Below, one piece after another: positions 60,563-64,000 of a DNA stretch of 64,000 nucleotides (its first letter is position 1; every line of letters begins with the position of its first letter). The notes below the pieces were generated by a model that ran no database searches, was not told where the DNA came from, and worked only from the letters and a program-made list of their open reading frames with translations. The position numbers were made by a program, and so were the translations under genes. This DNA comes from an uncultured Gemmatimonadales bacterium (GTDB lineage: Bacteria > Gemmatimonadota > Gemmatimonadetes > Gemmatimonadales > Gemmatimonadaceae), in NCBI GenBank assembly GCA_963707505.1, contig CAVPQB010000004.1, forward strand, positions 160,001-224,000, in the 5' to 3' direction.

Positions 60563-63043
60563 ATGAAAGCACGTATCTGGCTGGGCGCGGGAGCCGTTGT
60601 CGCTGGATTGACGGCGCTCGTATCGATCGGAAATGCCCGTCCGCAAGGGCCCGGTCATTCTGACCCGAGCCGCTACGGCCACTCGGATCGTGTCGAACGT
60701 CACATGCTTCCCGCGGTCTCCACTGGACCGATGGCCCCCGTGTGGAGTCCGGACGGACGCTGGATCGCGTTCTCCATGCGCGGTGACATCTGGAAGATTC
60801 CGGCCGAGGGCGGCGAAGCGATTGCACTCACGTCCGGCCCCGGTGATTACTTCGAGCCGGCGTGGAGTCCTGATAGCAAGCGCATCGCGCTGTCGATGGA
60901 CACTGGCAATTCCAATCTCGACATCGGTATCGTGAGTGCCAACGGCGGCGCCGTGCAGCGCATCACTACCGATTCGGCAGTGGATGTCGAGCCCGTCTGG
61001 AGTCACGACGGAAAGAGTATCTACTTTGTAAGTCCGCGCGGGCCGGGTCGTGGCGAGTCGTTCCACATATATCGTCACGATCTTGCGAGCAATACAGACG
61101 AGCAGATCGTTGCAGGAATTCAGCCCGCTGTCTCTCCCGATGGGAATCAGCTTGCTTACGTCGCGCCCGAGCGCGGACGGCTTGGCAGCGGCGGAATCTG
61201 GGTGAAGCAACTTCCATCCGGCGAGCCGCGTCTCGTGCAGTACGAGGAGAGCGAGTATCGCATGCGGCCGGTCTGGACTCCTGACGCTACTTCGTTGATG
61301 TACGTGTCCGACGAAGGCGGGAGTAACGATGTGATGATCGTCCCGGTCACTGGTGGAAATCCAGAGCGTCTCACGGCCGATGCGCGCGATGAGTACGAGC
61401 CTTCGCCAAGTCCGGATGGTAGCAGGTTTGCGTTCGTGTCGAATCGCGCTGGCGCAACGGTGCTCTACACTGCCAGCATCGGCGGCGGCCCCTTCTCGTC
61501 CTGGTCGGCGGTGCCTATCCGCAGCCGTAAGCCGGTAGTACCGAACGGGCGAGTTCATGTCACTGTCCTTGGACCCGATGGCAAACCGACCCCTGCACGC
61601 ATCTACATAACGGCAAGCGACGGACGCGGCTACGCACCCGAGGGCGGGTTCCATCGTGCGATCGCGGCGACGGGAACGCAGTACTTCCAGACTACCGGCG
61701 CGTTCGACGTCAACGTCCCCGAGGGACAGACGCGGATCGAAGCTCTCAAGGGCTACGAATATCGTCCGTCGTCCGTGAAGATCGATGTGACGGCCGGAGG
61801 AACCAGGAGTGTGACGATCCGGCTGGCACGCCTCGTCGACCTTCCGGCGCGCGGCTGGTACTCCGGCGACACACACATCCACGATCTGCATCAGGGGCGT
61901 TTCGGCCTCACACATCAGGCATTCTTCGACGAGCTGCGCGCGGAAGATCTGCACGTTACCAATGCGCTGATCCACATGGACGGCACGCGACTCATGGGTC
62001 GATGGGACGACCTGACGGGAAAGCCAAGCCCGCTGTCGACGCCGCAGTACATCCTGCAATACGCTGAGGAGTTTCGCGGTTTGCTGGGACACATCTCGAT
62101 ACTCGGCATCAAGCGGTTCATCATGCCGCTAACGGGTGGAGTGCCCAATACGTCCTATGCGCAGCCGACCCTCGACGCGATGTACATCGATTCGGCGCAC
62201 GCGCAGGGCGGCATCGCCGGATTTCCCCATCCGTATTACTCGCTCGTCAAGACACCAGCGCAGGCCGCAAGCACGCTGATCCCCGTCGACGCAGCACTCG
62301 GCAAGGGTGACTACTACGACATAGGCGCCGTGTGGTCCGACGAGTACTCGTCCGCGGAGATGTACTACCGTTTGCTCAATTGCGGATTCCGAATTCCCGC
62401 AACGTCAGGTACGGATAACTTCTCCGACGTCTGGCGTGATCCGCCGCCAGGCACCGACCGCACGTACGTGCACGTGAAGGGACCCCTCACCCTCGCCAGC
62501 TGGTTTGCCGGGATCAAGGCGGGCCATACGTTCGGCTCTACAGGACCGCTCGTATTTCTCGATGTCGCTGGGCGCGAGCCTGGTGACGAAATCGCGCTCG
62601 CATCCAGCGCGCCAGGCACGCTCAAGGTAAGCGCCAATGCAGTATCGATCGCTCCGATGTCGCAACTGGACATTCTTGTTAACGGCAAGGTCGTGCGCAG
62701 CATCACCCCATCGAGCGCAGCGGACTCATTGAAGCTGGTATTCAGTGACACTGTTGCAATCCCCGAGGGGGGATGGATCGCGGCACGAGTCATCGGCCCG
62801 TCGTCGCGCTACATCGGAGACGGTTACTCGTTCGCGCAGACGAGTCCGGTGTACGTCGTTCGCGGCGGACACCAGTACATCTCGGCTGAAGATGCGCACT
62901 TCCTCGGACAGGCCGTCGATGCCGTCTGGACGAAAGAGGAGCACGCACCCTGGCGCACGAATGCGGAACGAGACCGTTTTCATGATGAGATCCTGCGCGC
63001 GCGAGCCGTGTATCAGCGACTCGAGGATCAGGCGAAACGGTAG
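60563..63043 (+). CDS. Secreted TolB-like propeller plus CehA/McbA-family (PHP-like) metallohydrolase
   Basis: PxWSPDG repeats; GWYSGDTHIH, EEFR..GH, HAQGGIAGFPHP, YYRLLNCGFRIPATSGTD, RTYV, AQTSPVYV. Confidence 0.85.
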   Translation: MKARIWLGAGAVVAGLTALVSIGNARPQGPGHSDPSRYGHSDRVERHMLPAVSTGPMAPVWSPDGRWIAFSMRGDIWKIPAEGGEAIALTSGPGDYFEPAWSPDSKRIALSMDTGNSNLDIGIVSANGGAVQRITTDSAVDVEPVWSHDGKSIYFVSPRGPGRGESFHIYRHDLASNTDEQIVAGIQPAVSPDGNQLAYVAPERGRLGSGGIWVKQLPSGEPRLVQYEESEYRMRPVWTPDATSLMYVSDEGGSNDVMIVPVTGGNPERLTADARDEYEPSPSPDGSRFAFVSNRAGATVLYTASIGGGPFSSWSAVPIRSRKPVVPNGRVHVTVLGPDGKPTPARIYITASDGRGYAPEGGFHRAIAATGTQYFQTTGAFDVNVPEGQTRIEALKGYEYRPSSVKIDVTAGGTRSVTIRLARLVDLPARGWYSGDTHIHDLHQGRFGLTHQAFFDELRAEDLHVTNALIHMDGTRLMGRWDDLTGKPSPLSTPQYILQYAEEFRGLLGHISILGIKRFIMPLTGGVPNTSYAQPTLDAMYIDSAHAQGGIAGFPHPYYSLVKTPAQAASTLIPVDAALGKGDYYDIGAVWSDEYSSAEMYYRLLNCGFRIPATSGTDNFSDVWRDPPPGTDRTYVHVKGPLTLASWFAGIKAGHTFGSTGPLVFLDVAGREPGDEIALASSAPGTLKVSANAVSIAPMSQLDILVNGKVVRSITPSSAADSLKLVFSDTVAIPEGGWIAARVIGPSSRYIGDGYSFAQTSPVYVVRGGHQYISAEDAHFLGQAVDAVWTKEEHAPWRTNAERDRFHDEILRARAVYQRLEDQAKR

Positions 63044-63085
63044 GCTTGTACGGTAGGCTTGTGCAGTACAGGTACGATTGATCAT

Positions 63086-63121
63086 ATGTCGTCATCCCAT
63101 CGAAGGCTGGGATGACGACAT
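63086..63121. repeat. Second REP/dRS3-like palindrome between convergent genes
   Basis: atgtcgtcatccca-tcgaaggc-tgggatgacgacat; same architecture as 55339..55380. Confidence 0.75.
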
Positions 63122-63141
63122 TCACCGTGCGCGCTATCCTG

Positions 63142-64000
63142 TTAGATGAACGACAATCCTTCCATCTTCGCCGGCGTGACACCCAACACCGCGCACGCCG
63201 ACGCCATCACATCTACAGTGCGGCGCGCCGGTCCCTGAGTGGGTCGATTGGTAATGAGCGGCACCAGCATGTGCTCCCGATGCAACGCACCGTGGGACGA
63301 GACGTGCGGAATCGGCTCGTAGTGCGCGCGGAAATCCCAATCCGGAGCCGCTGACAGTATCATGTCGCCGCTTCGCGAGCACGACGAGATGCGCGCTATC
63401 TGTACTATCGCGTCAGGATAGAAACTGCCAACGGTTACATCGAATGCATCGCTCTCGCTCATGTCATCGTGCTCGCCGATTCCGAGCGGATCTCCCGTCA
63501 CAGGGCGGTACGCGTATCGCGCGTCGTCCCATGTGACAACCGCGCAGCCCCGGTCGCTCGTGCGCACCTCGCACGACGTGGGCGACAGCGGAAGCAACAT
63601 CACGTCGACGGATTCTCGGCTCACGAGCATGTTTGCGACACAATCCCACTCGCTGGCGAGCGACGGCCAGAACATTCGTGTTCTGCTCTTGAGCTCCGCG
63701 TAGATGTGAGCCATCGCGTTTCCACTTACAGCTACCGCGATCTGTGCTCCGCGCCGCACGGTCCACGGATGCGCTACCACCTTGAAACCAAGCGAAGCTG
63801 TAACACCCGCAAGATCTTCGTGTGCTCTGACGGGCGAGTGCCCGTGATCGCTCACGATCCAGAGATGCGTCGAATCCCAATTGCCGGCGCGCTCCGCGTC
63901 TGCTCGAATTCGCCGGCACACATCGTCCACCACCCGCATTGCGTCGTGCACCATCGGCGAGTCGTGTCCGAACGCGTGTGACGCCTTGTCTATTCCCGTG
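63142..64000 (-). CDS. Alkaline phosphatase superfamily (nucleotide pyrophosphatase/phosphodiesterase-like) protein, 5'-partial
   Basis: IDKASH..GH, WIVSDHGH, SGNAMAHIY, RSGDMILSA, SSHGALHREHMLVP, RTVDV. Confidence 0.85.
   Translation of the reverse strand, partial: TGIDKASHAFGHDSPMVHDAMRVVDDVCRRIRADAERAGNWDSTHLWIVSDHGHSPVRAHEDLAGVTASLGFKVVAHPWTVRRGAQIAVAVSGNAMAHIYAELKSRTRMFWPSLASEWDCVANMLVSRESVDVMLLPLSPTSCEVRTSDRGCAVVTWDDARYAYRPVTGDPLGIGEHDDMSESDAFDVTVGSFYPDAIVQIARISSCSRSGDMILSAAPDWDFRAHYEPIPHVSSHGALHREHMLVPLITNRPTQGPARRTVDVMASACAVLGVTPAKMEGLSFI

Noticed and set aside
60434..62092. Long antisense or alternate-frame ORFs (e.g. 60434..62092, 52620..54140, 20221..21582, 46758..47933)
   Set aside because: Shadows of real genes in high-GC DNA, with Arg/Ala-rich composition and no motifs
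1..64000. CRISPR array, tRNA, rRNA, IS transposase or integrase
   Set aside because: No regularly spaced repeat-spacer units, cloverleaf or rRNA-like sequence, or DDE/serine/tyrosine recombinase motifs were recognised by eye; dedicated searches were not run

Overview
High-GC bacterial DNA, most likely Gemmatimonadota. This is inferred from the expanded 'RYxIERELGxGGMATVY' Ser/Thr kinase family, the SusC/SusD pairs, the VPS10/BNR proteins and a PEP-CTERM protein. Clusters of single-base frameshifts (about 20.5-22.1 kb and 49-52 kb) look like long-read consensus errors. The right third (about 38.7-64 kb) looks like backbone: intact queG, a sulfatase-like protein, a methyltransferase, a metallophosphoesterase, a PPTase, two SusC/SusD pairs with BNR-repeat proteins, a CehA/McbA-like metallohydrolase and a partial alkaline-phosphatase-family gene. 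The ~36 kb downstream of queG (about 3.07-38.7 kb) looks like an accretion island. It holds four extra, co-oriented, diverged copies of the queG 3' end, and two of them are joined to the same ~60-bp segment that differs from the resident queG, which suggests repeated site-specific integration into queG. No integrase is visible in the window. Cargo includes a PQQ/cytochrome c dehydrogenase, a GH79-like glycosidase, two DUF3494 ice-binding proteins with an OmpA protein, an array of kinase/beta-propeller genes, many internally deleted gene relics, and an AraC-linked locus. That locus has a recurring CAGCCnnnnCGTTCAA motif, a 67-aa peptide with 15 Cys in two clusters (metallothionein-like), a YtkA/FixH-like lipoprotein and a di-heme cytochrome c peroxidase-family gene. 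No rRNA, tRNA, CRISPR array or transposase was recognised.
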